A stretch of 64,000 nucleotides of DNA. Source: TPA_inf: Saccharomyces. Lineage: Eukaryota. The stretch covers positions 128,001-192,000 of the forward strand of contig BK006944.2 of the NCBI GenBank assembly GCA_000146045.2, in the 5' to 3' direction. Numbering within the stretch: the first letter of the stretch is position 1; the number at the start of each line of letters is the position of its first letter. The notes beneath the pieces are model-generated. The model searched no databases. It was not told where the DNA came from and saw nothing but the letters and a program-made list of their open reading frames with translations. Below are positions 34,559 to 47,842 of the stretch, piece after piece. A program made the translations under genes and the position numbers.

Positions 34559-34830
34559 TAATATTTGTTTGATGTTCCAGCAGTTATATGATCTAATTAT
34601 GCGGGAAAATAATTGAAGATAAGTAGTTTGATGTATTTTTATTATAGTATTATATTTTCTGATTTGGTTATAGCAAGCAGCGTTTTTTTTCTTCTTTACC
34701 ATAATCATTGTACCAGGAAATTTTGTTCATAATTATTGTGTTGATTGTCAATGGTCAAAGGTACAACTAATGAAGATTAAATATGGTGAATAGGAGGCCT
34801 GCTAGCCACCGTACATTTAATATGTCCGCG

Positions 34831-35169
34831 TGTTGGAATAAAAATCAACTATCGTCATCAACTAGTGGTTATACTACCAGTATATTATCTTATATGGTGT
34901 CAAATGTGGACATGATGACATAAGGTATGAGAAACTGTCATCGAAGTTAGAGAAAGCTGAAATACAAGGATCAATAATGTAATAGGATAATGAAACATAT
35001 GAAATGGAATGAGGAACAATCGTGATATTATTATGTAGAAATATCGATTCCTTTTTGGGGATGCCTATATCCTCGAGGAGACACTTCCAGTATATTCTGT
35101 ATACATAATATAACAGCCTTTATCAACATTGGAATCCCAACAATTATCTCAAAATTCACCAACCTCTCA
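34831..35169 (+). mobile_element. Solo Ty1/Ty2 delta LTR, about 339 bp, about 270 bp upstream of tRNA-Arg
   Basis: It begins TGTTGGAATAAAAATCAACTATCGTCATCAACTAG and ends ...GGAATCCCAACAATTATCTCAAAATTCACCAACCTCTCA. Internal delta blocks are present (GGATAATGAAACATATGAAATGGAATGAGGAACAATCGT ... CTATATCCTCGAGGAG). No flanking 5-bp target duplication is obvious. Confidence 0.88.
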
Positions 35170-35641
35170 TGGCGCATATTCATCATGCATGTAACTACCA
35201 CATCAATGTTCAATCATGGACTTTTAACTAATCTTAAGTACTATTCGAACTGCCCATTCAGCTTTTCCCTTTGCAATTGGTGCACTCCTACTTGAACGAA
35301 TTCGCGGGGTGTACATTAAACTACGATGTAAACATCAAGGTTATTGCTATAACATGTCATGTCACCATTAATTACCACTCATTCCAACATACTGTCCCTG
35401 ACGAAAACTGTTTATGCGAGCGCAAAATGAACCTATTCAATTAATAATACTCCTCAAATTGCTACCACGACAGGCTGAAAAAAGATGTCGACGAATAATG
35501 TAATCGTGTCAAACAAACGTTATCTTGACTATATATAGCTACTTAATTTGAAATAATAAACTATACAAGTCTATATCATTGATATATTCAGTAAGAAAAA
35601 TGGAGGGAAAAAGAAATCATCAAATCATTCATTCTTCAGAC

Positions 35642-36385
35642 TTATTTCTTACCTTGGTTGGCAACAGCAGCGGCACCAGCAGCGGCAGCTTCTGGGTCCA
35701 AGTAGTAAGATGGCTTAGATGGCTTCAAGTTTTCGTCCAATTCGAAGACCAATGGAATACCAGTTGGGATGTTCAACTTAGCAATGTCAGCATCAGAGAT
35801 ACCTTCCAAGTGCTTAACCAAACCTCTCAAGGAGTTACCGTGAGCGGCGATCATGACGGTCTTACCACTCAACAAGTCCTTGGCAATGACATCTTGCCAG
35901 TATGGCAACAATCTGTCAATGACCAAAGCCAAAGATTCAGTTTCTGGCAAGACATTTGGGTCAACGTACTTGTATCTTTCATCACCCTTTTGAGAGAATG
36001 GAGAAGAAGCGTCGATTGGGGGAGGTGGAACATCGAAGGATCTTCTGTAGGTGTTGAATTTTTCTTCACCGAACTTCTTCAAAGTTTCAGCCTTGTCCTT
36101 ACCTTGTAAGTCACCGTAATGTCTTTCGTTCAATCTCCAGGATCTGTTGACTGGAATCCATAATCTGTCAGCCTTTTCCAAAGCAATGTTAGCAGTTTGG
36201 ATAGCTCTGGACAACTTGGAAGTGTACAAGACGTCTGGGTAGACCTTCTTTTCCTTCAACAATTCACCGGCTCTAGCGGCTTCTTGTTGACCCTTGGCAG
36301 ACAATTTAACATCAACCCAACCGGTGAATAAGTTCTTTTCGTTCCATTCGGATTGACCGTGTCTAACTAAAACTAACTTTGGCAT
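35642..36385 (-). CDS. GPM1: Phosphoglycerate mutase Gpm1, 247 aa
   Basis: [23 protein letters not shown] contains the RHG phosphohistidine motif. Codon usage is strongly biased, typical of a glycolytic gene. Confidence 0.95.
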   Translation of the reverse strand: MPKLVLVRHGQSEWNEKNLFTGWVDVKLSAKGQQEAARAGELLKEKKVYPDVLYTSKLSRAIQTANIALEKADRLWIPVNRSWRLNERHYGDLQGKDKAETLKKFGEEKFNTYRRSFDVPPPPIDASSPFSQKGDERYKYVDPNVLPETESLALVIDRLLPYWQDVIAKDLLSGKTVMIAAHGNSLRGLVKHLEGISDADIAKLNIPTGIPLVFELDENLKPSKPSYYLDPEAAAAGAAAVANQGKK

Positions 36386-36734
36386 TATTGTAATATGTGT
36401 GTTTGTTTGGATTATTAAGAAGAATAATTACAAAAAAAATTACAAAGGAAGGTAATTACAACAGAATTAAGAAAGGACAAGAAGGAGGAAGAGAATCAGT
36501 TCATTATTTCTTCTTTGTTATATAACAAACCCAAGTAGCGATTTGGCCATACATTAAAAGTTGAGAACCACCCTCCCTGGCAACAGCCACAACTCGTTAC
36601 CATTGTTCATCACGATCATGAAACTCGCTGTCAGCTGAAATTTCACCTCAGTGGATCTCTCTTTTTATTCTTCATCGTTCCACTAACCTTTTTCCATCAG
36701 CTGGCAGGGAACGGAAAGTGGAATCCCATTTAGC

Positions 36735-36785
36735 GAGCTTCCTCTTTTCTTCAAGAAAAGACGAAGCTTGTGTGTGGGTGCGCGC
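36735..36785 (-). promoter_or_regulatory. Candidate GPM1 upstream activating sequence: a Gcr1 CT-box (GCTTCC) next to a Rap1-like site
   Basis: gagcttcctc lies at about 36736-36745 and tgtgtgtgggtg at about 36770-36781 (reverse complement CACCCACACACA, resembling the Rap1 consensus ACACCCAYACAY). Both are about 350-400 bp upstream of the GPM1 ATG. A TATA-like element gttatataac is at about 36508-36517. Confidence 0.4.
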
Positions 36786-36843
36786 GCTAGTATCTTTCCA
36801 CATTAAGAAATATACCATAAAGGTTACTTAGACATCACTATGG

Positions 36844-36844
<1 letters not shown>

Positions 36845-36879
<35 letters not shown>
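36845..36879. repeat. (TA)17 microsatellite between GPM1 and NNR2
   Basis: The run ctatatatatatatatatatatatatatatatatatatg is read directly. Confidence 0.8.
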
Positions 36880-36882
<3 letters not shown>

Positions 36883-36916
36883 ACTTAGCACCATCGCGCG
36901 TGCATCACTGCATGTG

Positions 36917-37930
36917 TTAACCGAAAAGTTTGGCGAACACTTCACCGACACGGTCATTTAGATCTGTCGTCTGCATTGCACGTCCCTTAGCCTTAAATCC
37001 TAGGCGGGAGCATTCTCGTGTAATTGTGCAGCCTGCGTAGCAACTCAACATAGCGTAGTCTACCCAGTTTTTCAAGGGTTTATCGTTAGAAGATTCTCCC
37101 TTTTCTTCCTGCTCACAAATCTTAAAGTCATACATTGCACGACTAAATGCAAGCATGCATGATATAGCTCCTGTCAAAGTATCACCTTGGCCTCCTACCC
37201 TCTTGTTGCTGCCCTCTTCGCTGTTCGTCAACATGTCTTTTTCACTATCGGGTGAGAATATCTTATCTGACTGACCTTTCTCCACCACAATACAATTCAA
37301 TTCCTGGGCGATCAAGCTGCCCATCTCGGAGTGAGAGTCTCCCTTCTTGCCTATGGCATCACATAGTCTTTTGAATTCTACCACATTGGGCGTCAAGATC
37401 ACTCTACCTTTGGGGTAGCTTTTCAGCATTTCTTTGACTTCGCTATCTTGAGTTACTAAGAACAGTCCATCAGCATCAATTACTAACGGGATCTTGCCCT
37501 CATGTTTTTCAAGTATATATCTTATGATATCCTTAATGGATTTTAACATTAGGGGGTCCCTACCCAAGCCGGGTCCAATTACCACAACGTGGATTCTATC
37601 CAATAAGGAATTGATTTTCTTCCTTTGTTCGTCCATATCAACGTCTAATTTGGTGTTACTCATACGAAGGTATGGATGAACCATTAGGTTTGGGGTGTAC
37701 GATTTAATGACCGTACCAGCGTTGTATTCGCAGATGACATGTGTCAAATCACAGCCCATCAAGGCTGTAGCATTGGCGCTGAAATACGGTGCCCCTGTAT
37801 AATCTTCGCATCCTCCAATAATGCAAACTCTCCCACCAGACTGTCCCTTATGAAACTTTGGCAATAAAGGTGGTATACATCTTTTCTGCGCCAACTTTAT
37901 CAATTCTCTATGAGACAATTCTGCTAACAT
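36917..37930 (-). CDS. NNR2: ATP-dependent NAD(P)HX dehydratase Nnr2 (YjeF C-terminal / carbohydrate-kinase family), 337 aa
   Basis: Motifs IGPGLGRD and GGQGDTLTGA place it in the ribokinase-like YjeF_C family. The 337 aa matches YKL151C. Confidence 0.85.
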   Translation of the reverse strand: MLAELSHRELIKLAQKRCIPPLLPKFHKGQSGGRVCIIGGCEDYTGAPYFSANATALMGCDLTHVICEYNAGTVIKSYTPNLMVHPYLRMSNTKLDVDMDEQRKKINSLLDRIHVVVIGPGLGRDPLMLKSIKDIIRYILEKHEGKIPLVIDADGLFLVTQDSEVKEMLKSYPKGRVILTPNVVEFKRLCDAIGKKGDSHSEMGSLIAQELNCIVVEKGQSDKIFSPDSEKDMLTNSEEGSNKRVGGQGDTLTGAISCMLAFSRAMYDFKICEQEEKGESSNDKPLKNWVDYAMLSCYAGCTITRECSRLGFKAKGRAMQTTDLNDRVGEVFAKLFG

Positions 37931-38543
37931 TTCCAGTGATACGGTAGTGATCGTATTGAACTGGTGTTGCTAATAAAATTTCACCGACGCCTATATACCT
38001 ATTTACACCTTTACATATATATCTACTAGATCACGTTGCAAGACCCATCACATCGCATCACATCACATCACTCCCTATTCTGCCCTTTACAGCGCAAAGG
38101 AGTCGTGTGTGGGTGTGTGCTCCTTTTGACGATCATAAGAGTCCATTTCTAGTATGCAAGCTGGTAACAATAGGTGAATGAATTAGGTTCATTTGCGATG
38201 ACCTTCAGTATCCCTCCACGCAATGCTAAACTATCCCCCTCATTATGACGCCTATATCGTATAAGGAACTTGTTACCCCTGACAATTCAAACTTCAAAGG
38301 TCTAAGACCAAACAAGCGTAGGAACTATCGCTCGGAGTGTTTCTCCGTTTGAAAAAAGAAGAGAAATAAGGGCCCTTGATTGGTGTCTTGTCGAGAGAGG
38401 TACGTATATAAGAATGCAGTTTGCTCGCAATGCCCGCTTGTGTTAAGTACTCTTACCTTTTCCCTCAATACTAACGTTTTGAAGCAGCCAAACTAACAAT
38501 AGTATAACGTATATAGGTTAAAATAATATTCCAAGTCAAAAAC

Positions 38544-39452
38544 ATGTTTTCCAGATTATCCAGATCTCACTCAAAAGCATTACCGATTGCTCTAGGTACA
38601 GTTGCTATAGCAGCTGCTACCGCATTCTATTTTGCAAACCGTAACCAACATTCCTTTGTCTTCAATGAATCTAATAAAGTGTTCAAAGGTGATGACAAAT
38701 GGATCGACTTGCCAATATCTAAAATAGAGGAGGAATCCCACGACACCAGAAGGTTTACTTTTAAGCTGCCTACCGAAGACTCAGAAATGGGGTTGGTCCT
38801 AGCATCTGCTCTGTTTGCTAAATTTGTCACACCAAAGGGATCCAATGTGGTGAGACCATACACTCCTGTGAGTGATCTTTCCCAGAAGGGTCACTTCCAG
38901 CTGGTCGTCAAGCATTATGAAGGTGGTAAAATGACCTCACATTTATTTGGTCTTAAACCAAATGACACCGTTTCTTTCAAGGGTCCTATTATGAAATGGA
39001 AGTGGCAACCTAATCAGTTCAAGTCAATCACCTTGTTAGGTGCCGGTACCGGTATCAACCCTCTGTACCAATTAGCTCATCATATAGTTGAAAACCCAAA
39101 CGACAAGACCAAAGTTAACTTGCTATATGGGAACAAGACTCCTCAGGACATTTTACTAAGGAAGGAACTGGATGCGTTGAAGGAAAAGTATCCTGACAAG
39201 TTCAATGTTACTTACTTTGTTGACGACAAGCAAGATGACCAAGACTTTGATGGTGAAATTAGTTTCATCTCCAAAGATTTTATTCAGGAGCATGTTCCAG
39301 GTCCAAAGGAAAGCACACATTTGTTTGTCTGCGGTCCCCCACCATTTATGAACGCTTACTCAGGTGAGAAGAAGTCACCTAAGGACCAAGGTGAATTGAT
39401 CGGTATCTTGAACAATTTGGGCTACTCCAAGGACCAAGTTTTCAAATTTTAA
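38544..39452 (+). CDS. MCR1: Mitochondrial NADH-cytochrome b5 reductase Mcr1, 302 aa
   Basis: An N-terminal membrane anchor is followed by the FAD-binding motifs RPYTP and GGKMTSHL and the NAD-binding motif GAGTGINP. Confidence 0.92.
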
Positions 39453-39611
39453 GCATGGAGGAAAGTAATTGATATTTTTTTTAATTTCGGATCGTTCAAA
39501 TTAGTAAATATATAAAAAATATATATATATTCATGTGTATGACTAAAAATTCTCTCAAGAAGGCTTGGCTTTAAGCTCTAATTCCGTCTGCATTCGTAAT
39601 AGAAATATCTC

Positions 39612-40829
39612 TCAAGTCATGAATTTAGAGATAAATGCTTTAGTTTGTCGTACTTCATCTTTCTGAATATCTAAGGTGTATGCAGGAATGGCATAATTTT
39701 CCCAATCAATATCCCTTCCTTCCTCTCTATTAGATTGAGACAGTTCTATCCAATTGACGCTATTAAACGGTTTATTGCTTAGGAGATTCTTATTTTTTTG
39801 ACAAATTACCAAATTATTGATAAATTCAGGATCCCAGAACATACGGTGATTCTCGTCCTTCCACGAAGCATGCGATGTATCCGGTTCTATTTCCAGAATT
39901 TCTAACCAACGTCTTCTTGGCAGGCACTTGTCCAACGCCAAGAACCGTGTCTCGCCGTATTTGGAATCATACTCATTCTCTTCTTGGCAATTCATAATAC
40001 CAGACCTTTCGTCCTCGTCACTGGATAAATCCAAATCTATTTCATTATTGTTTTTTTTTGTCTTTGAAGTTGACTTATTAGGCGGTTCGTGGCTTCTTTT
40101 ATTATGCTTAATGGAGGCCATGAACCTGACATGCAAATGGGCGCTCAACCACCATTGAGGCCGCAAATCTCTTAGTAGTTGCCAGGTCACTGGGCTGCCT
40201 AGTTTTCCCTCTTTAATATCTTGCTCAAAAAAAGGCTTAAGCTTCAACAAGTGCTTAGTATCGCCATGATAAACGACTCCATTGGGCCAATCGTGGCTCA
40301 GCATAATATCAATACGATGCTTGATCATAAAAAGAGGAGCAATATCAGAAATTCTTACATGATACAGATTTCTTATGTTAGCTTTCCAATTGTTATTTTC
40401 TAGGTCATTCCAATCTGGTCGTTGCTTATTGAAATCCCACTCTTTCCATATCCCGCTCAATGAACCTATCCTTATGCCTTTAAACCATATAACGTTAGAG
40501 TATCCCATATAAAAAATGTTCTTTGCTACATAACCACCATGTGGCAGAAGCATTAAATGTCTCATCGATTCATGATTACCGCCAATAAAAATAGTAGGGA
40601 CTGGGGCTTCAATCTCATTATTGTAGTATGATATGAAATCACCGAGTCTTTGATATTTTGGTGGTATGGCTATTGACTTAAAATCCTGACCATCACGAAT
40701 ACTTTGAAAATCTCCAAGAATAATTAATAGATCGATGGGAGTCTTCGCATGGATTCGTGACACTTCTTTATAAATTTGGTTTAGCTGACCATGACAGCAC
40801 CCTTGTACAGCAATTCGCAATTTAGTCAT
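39612..40829 (-). CDS. DBR1: RNA lariat debranching enzyme Dbr1 (metallophosphoesterase), 405 aa
   Basis: Motifs GCCHG, GDFQ and GGNHE belong to the calcineurin-like phosphoesterase family. The first ATG is at 40827-40829 (MTKLRIAVQGCCHG); the track extends 2 codons further to a TTG. Confidence 0.9.
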   Translation of the reverse strand: MTKLRIAVQGCCHGQLNQIYKEVSRIHAKTPIDLLIILGDFQSIRDGQDFKSIAIPPKYQRLGDFISYYNNEIEAPVPTIFIGGNHESMRHLMLLPHGGYVAKNIFYMGYSNVIWFKGIRIGSLSGIWKEWDFNKQRPDWNDLENNNWKANIRNLYHVRISDIAPLFMIKHRIDIMLSHDWPNGVVYHGDTKHLLKLKPFFEQDIKEGKLGSPVTWQLLRDLRPQWWLSAHLHVRFMASIKHNKRSHEPPNKSTSKTKKNNNEIDLDLSSDEDERSGIMNCQEENEYDSKYGETRFLALDKCLPRRRWLEILEIEPDTSHASWKDENHRMFWDPEFINNLVICQKNKNLLSNKPFNSVNWIELSQSNREEGRDIDWENYAIPAYTLDIQKDEVRQTKAFISKFMT

Positions 40830-40994
40830 AAGCAAAATGATAAATGTCTGCCCATCTTAATTTTTAGTTACATATTTACGTTCGCCATATGACTTTCTCC
40901 TGCTCATTTTTTGTGAGGGCCAGAAAAACACACATCTGGCTAATGAGAAAAAAAATTGGAGAACTAAGGAAATGCCTCGATAAAAAATTGAAAG

Positions 40995-41036
40995 TAATAA
41001 ATAAATAAATAAATAAATAAATAAATAGTAAGTTAA
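40995..41036. repeat. (ATAA)n tetranucleotide repeat, about 8-9 units, in the DBR1/SDH1 intergenic region
   Basis: The run ataaataaataaataaataaataaataaatag is read directly. Confidence 0.75.
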
Positions 41037-41206
41037 TAAATAACTAAATAAATAGAGTATGTATAAGAAGAAACTTTATGTAAATGTATATTAATAGGTA
41101 TATATACAAATTAGTGAGTCAGTGGTAAAAAAGTGCAAACGCACAAAAAAAGTGCAATTAAAGAAGAGTATGATATTCTTTTCCGTAAAATACAATGAGG
41201 TTCAAA

Positions 41207-43192
<1,986 letters not shown>

Positions 43193-43369
43193 TTATCTTC
43201 AATAAGGGGTTGGGGAGGAGATTAGTGAAAAGAATATCGAAAGTGCAAAGTATACTACTGGTTAGTTATAATGTGTCTACTAGTTTATTAGTGCTATTTA
43301 AGCTTCAAGCCGCCTCGACGTGGCAAAAGGTTAGAGTCGAGGATGCCTGAATATATAACGGGTTTGAGC

Positions 43370-43460
43370 AAACAAACAACCAATAGAAGAGGCCCGGATC
43401 CCTTGGTCCAGCGCTTGCTCGGCGCCGCGTTCTGCGCTGTGATTGGTCCACCCCCGCCCT
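43370..43460. promoter_or_regulatory. GC-rich island with two CCAAT/HAP-complex-type boxes in the SDH1/AVT3 divergent promoter
   Basis: caaccaatag lies at about 43377-43386 and tgtgattggtcc at about 43438-43449. TGATTGGT matches the Hap2/3/4/5 consensus TNATTGGT. The segment is about 65% GC over roughly 120 bp, against about 38% genome-wide. Confidence 0.4.
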
Positions 43461-43782
43461 CAAAGCCGTGACTCCATAACGACTTTCCAGCGAGCTTGGT
43501 ACCTGGCAATAGAGGATGATCCTCACCTCCGCTACTTTTGGGAGCTACTTTTAGCACGGAAAGGTATATTTTGGACTACTGTATGAGTAAATCCTTATAT
43601 AGACGACATTATTACTAAAGGTAGAGCGAGAGATAGTAAAAGGGTTGGTTACCCGGTCGGGCCTTTTTCTCGTATTATCATTTGTGCTCGTGAGGCTATG
43701 AAATAAGAAGGATCGATGGTCAGTAGTGAAAGAGTGGGAAGCAAAGTTTATTAAGAAGCGTATAAGGGATTGCATCGCGGAT

Positions 43783-45861
43783 ATGAATGGAAAAGAGGTT
43801 TCAAGTGGCTCTGGAAGAACGCAGAGCAACAACAACAAAAAAAATAACAACGGAGGCAGTACAGGAATCTCGCATGCGTCTGGCTCACCTTTAACGGACG
43901 GCAACGGTGGCAATAGCAACGGTAATAGTAGAAGTAGAAGCAGAAGTAGAAAATCTAGTGGAACTACAGGTGGTTTGCTAAAAAAGCCGCCGCTGCTTGT
44001 GAACAATGAAGCGGTGCATGCTAGCGTACCCGACGCGTCGCACACTTCCTGTAACAATGGCACGCTTGAAGTGAGCATAAATAACCCTGAGCCACATGTG
44101 GTAGATGCCGTGGCACGCCACTTGATAAGAAACCCGAGTAACAGCCTACAATTGCAAGGCGGAGACATTACAAGAGATCTGTATAAGTGGACAAACGACC
44201 ATCCTTCATCACCATCGCAGTATCAGTACCCAAGTCAACCTGCACTTTCCACCTCAATACCTTCACAAGCGCCCTCATTCTCGAATCGTAAAAGGTCTAT
44301 GAGCTTTTCTGCCGCTTCTATAGCATCTTCCTCTCACCTTAACAACAACTCGGAGGCGAATGGGAATCCTCTAGCGGCAATAGGCCTGGCGCCCGCACCG
44401 ATGACGCACGAAGAAATCAGGGCTCCTGGTGGATTCAGAAGATCTTTTATAATACAGAAGCGCAGGAAACATAACGTTGATGCGCCCATACCGAATTTTT
44501 TCACCAGGAACTTTATTGAATTTTTGACCTTGTATGGCCACTTCGCTGGTGAAGATTTATCGGAAGAAGAGGAGGAGGAGGAAGAAACTGAAGAGGAGCC
44601 AGAGGAGGAAGCTTTGGAAACGGAAAGCACCCAGCTAGTTTCTCGTGAACACGGGCGCCATCCTCACAAATCATCTACGGTAAAGGCGGTGCTGCTCTTG
44701 TTAAAGTCATTTGTTGGGACAGGTGTGCTTTTCCTACCAAAGGCTTTCCATAACGGTGGTTGGGGATTTAGCGCCCTTTGTCTACTCTCGTGTGCCCTCA
44801 TTTCTTATGGATGTTTCGTATCATTGATTACCACCAAGGACAAAGTAGGCGTAGATGGGTACGGTGACATGGGTCGTATACTATATGGGCCCAAAATGAA
44901 ATTTGCCATTCTTTCGTCTATCGCCTTGTCACAAATCGGGTTTTCTGCTGCATACACTGTTTTCACTGCAACTAATTTGCAGGTCTTTTCTGAAAATTTC
45001 TTCCATTTGAAACCGGGCAGCATCAGTCTAGCCACCTATATCTTTGCACAAGTACTCATCTTTGTCCCACTATCTTTGACAAGAAACATAGCCAAGTTAA
45101 GTGGGACCGCGTTAATAGCAGATCTATTTATTCTACTGGGATTGGTTTATGTTTACGTTTACTCCATTTATTATATTGCTGTTAATGGTGTCGCATCCGA
45201 TACAATGCTTATGTTCAATAAAGCGGACTGGTCGTTGTTCATCGGTACCGCCATATTCACCTTTGAAGGTATAGGCCTACTTATCCCCATTCAGGAGTCA
45301 ATGAAACACCCGAAGCATTTCCGGCCATCGTTGTCCGCGGTGATGTGTATCGTGGCAGTGATTTTCATATCATGTGGTCTCTTATGCTATGCCGCTTTTG
45401 GATCTGACGTGAAAACTGTTGTTTTATTGAATTTTCCGCAGGACACTTCCTATACTCTCACTGTTCAATTACTGTATGCATTAGCCATTTTGTTATCCAC
45501 GCCGTTGCAGCTATTTCCCGCGATACGTATTTTGGAAAACTGGACTTTTCCCTCAAATGCATCTGGTAAATACAACCCGAAAGTCAAATGGTTGAAAAAC
45601 TATTTCCGTTGCGCTATTGTCGTCCTGACATCTATCCTCGCTTGGGTAGGCGCCAACGATTTGGACAAATTTGTATCACTGGTAGGCTCCTTCGCGTGTA
45701 TCCCATTGATCTACATATACCCGCCATTGTTGCACTATAAGGCGTCCATCTTATCTGGAACCTCGAGAGCCAGGCTTCTTTTAGATTTAATCGTCATAGT
45801 ATTTGGAGTTGCTGTCATGGCCTACACGTCATGGCAGACGATTAAAATGTGGAGCCAGTAA
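43783..45861 (+). CDS. AVT3: Vacuolar amino-acid transporter Avt3 (Aa_trans family), 692 aa
   Basis: First ATG at 43783 (MNGKEVSSGS...); the track begins 19 codons earlier at a GTG. A hydrophilic N-terminal third (SRSRSRSRKS, poly-E) is followed by about 11 transmembrane helices typical of AVT transporters. Confidence 0.9.
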   Translation: MNGKEVSSGSGRTQSNNNKKNNNGGSTGISHASGSPLTDGNGGNSNGNSRSRSRSRKSSGTTGGLLKKPPLLVNNEAVHASVPDASHTSCNNGTLEVSINNPEPHVVDAVARHLIRNPSNSLQLQGGDITRDLYKWTNDHPSSPSQYQYPSQPALSTSIPSQAPSFSNRKRSMSFSAASIASSSHLNNNSEANGNPLAAIGLAPAPMTHEEIRAPGGFRRSFIIQKRRKHNVDAPIPNFFTRNFIEFLTLYGHFAGEDLSEEEEEEEETEEEPEEEALETESTQLVSREHGRHPHKSSTVKAVLLLLKSFVGTGVLFLPKAFHNGGWGFSALCLLSCALISYGCFVSLITTKDKVGVDGYGDMGRILYGPKMKFAILSSIALSQIGFSAAYTVFTATNLQVFSENFFHLKPGSISLATYIFAQVLIFVPLSLTRNIAKLSGTALIADLFILLGLVYVYVYSIYYIAVNGVASDTMLMFNKADWSLFIGTAIFTFEGIGLLIPIQESMKHPKHFRPSLSAVMCIVAVIFISCGLLCYAAFGSDVKTVVLLNFPQDTSYTLTVQLLYALAILLSTPLQLFPAIRILENWTFPSNASGKYNPKVKWLKNYFRCAIVVLTSILAWVGANDLDKFVSLVGSFACIPLIYIYPPLLHYKASILSGTSRARLLLDLIVIVFGVAVMAYTSWQTIKMWSQ

Positions 45862-46212
45862 TCCGCCATTTTTGACCGAGTACATCATGTACAGACACAT
45901 ATATATATATTTATATATGACTCGTTATCTATATGCATCTGGAACACACATACCTTGTTTTAATTATGATTAGCATAAATGTACTATCCTTGTCAATTTG
46001 GTATGGCTGAGTTTACCCGGACGAGAGGAAAAGGTATAGTGAATAGGATTACCGAATTTTGCCACCCGAAAACTAAACTAGCATGCAGCTTACTATACAA
46101 AGAACTGGGTATATACAGTATTTTCCAAGGAGATGAGAATTCAAAGCAATATTCAATTGAGATATTTTTTTGAACCATCGTAATAAATCAAGGAAGTTAG
46201 GAACTATACGGA

Positions 46213-47616
46213 ATGCCACCAAAAGAAGACTGGGAAAAATACAAGGCACCTTTGGAAGACGATGATAAAAAACCTGATGATGACAAGATCGTACCCTTAA
46301 CAGAAGGTGACATTCAAGTCTTAAAATCATACGGTGCAGCTCCATACGCAGCCAAATTAAAGCAAACTGAGAATGACTTAAAAGACATTGAAGCGAGAAT
46401 CAAAGAAAAGGCCGGTGTGAAAGAAAGCGATACAGGGTTAGCACCCTCCCATCTATGGGATATTATGGGTGATAGGCAGAGACTGGGCGAAGAACATCCC
46501 TTACAAGTCGCTCGTTGCACGAAGATCATTAAGGGGAATGGTGAAAGTGACGAAACTACGACAGATAATAATAACAGCGGCAATAGCAATAGTAATAGCA
46601 ATCAACAGTCTACTGATGCAGACGAAGACGATGAAGATGCCAAGTACGTGATAAATCTTAAGCAAATTGCCAAATTTGTCGTCGGATTAGGTGAACGTGT
46701 TTCTCCAACAGATATAGAAGAAGGTATGCGTGTAGGTGTCGATAGGTCGAAATATAATATTGAACTTCCATTGCCTCCAAGGATTGACCCATCAGTTACT
46801 ATGATGACCGTTGAAGAAAAGCCTGACGTTACTTATAGCGATGTCGGTGGCTGTAAAGACCAAATTGAAAAGCTGAGAGAAGTTGTCGAGCTGCCCTTAT
46901 TATCTCCAGAAAGATTTGCTACTCTTGGTATTGATCCACCAAAGGGTATCTTATTATATGGGCCACCTGGTACTGGTAAGACATTATGTGCTCGTGCTGT
47001 TGCTAATAGAACTGATGCAACTTTTATTAGGGTCATTGGGTCTGAGCTAGTGCAAAAATATGTCGGTGAAGGTGCTCGTATGGTTAGAGAATTATTTGAA
47101 ATGGCTCGTACCAAAAAGGCTTGCATTATATTCTTCGATGAAATCGACGCTGTTGGTGGTGCTCGTTTTGATGATGGTGCTGGTGGTGATAATGAAGTTC
47201 AAAGAACTATGTTAGAACTGATTACACAGTTAGACGGGTTTGACCCTCGTGGTAACATTAAAGTGATGTTTGCCACCAATAGGCCCAACACTTTAGATCC
47301 AGCTTTATTGAGACCCGGTAGAATTGATCGTAAGGTAGAGTTTTCATTACCTGACTTGGAAGGTCGTGCAAATATCTTCCGTATTCACTCTAAATCAATG
47401 AGTGTGGAACGTGGCATCAGATGGGAACTTATCTCCAGACTGTGTCCAAACTCTACCGGTGCAGAATTAAGATCTGTTTGCACAGAAGCCGGTATGTTTG
47501 CCATTAGAGCAAGAAGAAAGGTGGCTACTGAAAAGGATTTCCTGAAGGCTGTTGATAAAGTTATTAGCGGATACAAGAAGTTTAGTTCCACATCGCGTTA
47601 TATGCAATATAATTGA
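46213..47616 (+). CDS. RPT1: 26S proteasome regulatory ATPase Rpt1 (AAA+), 467 aa
   Basis: Walker A GPPGTGKT and Walker [10 protein letters not shown] motifs are present, with an SRH/arginine finger. An N/S-rich low-complexity insert is specific to this ortholog. Confidence 0.95.
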
Positions 47617-47842
47617 CGTCAATGTACTTTTTTATTATATATTATGAGAAGGGTTAATAAAAACAACAAGTACAACTACAACTATCGAGATAAAAAGGAT
47701 ACGAGAGTATCCCCTCAAATAGAGAAAGAATTAGCGTATATAATGCTAAAGAAAATTCACGTTTATTATATATTATTATCCTCATTATTACTGTTACTAT
47801 TATTATTAAATGTTTTATTGAAGTCAGTGGCGTCCTTATCTA

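Noticed and set aside
35579-36109. A 176-aa plus-strand ORF antisense to GPM1 (the position of dubious YKL153W)
   Set aside because: It is fully contained in a highly conserved glycolytic gene. Its low-complexity translation is typical of an antisense artefact.
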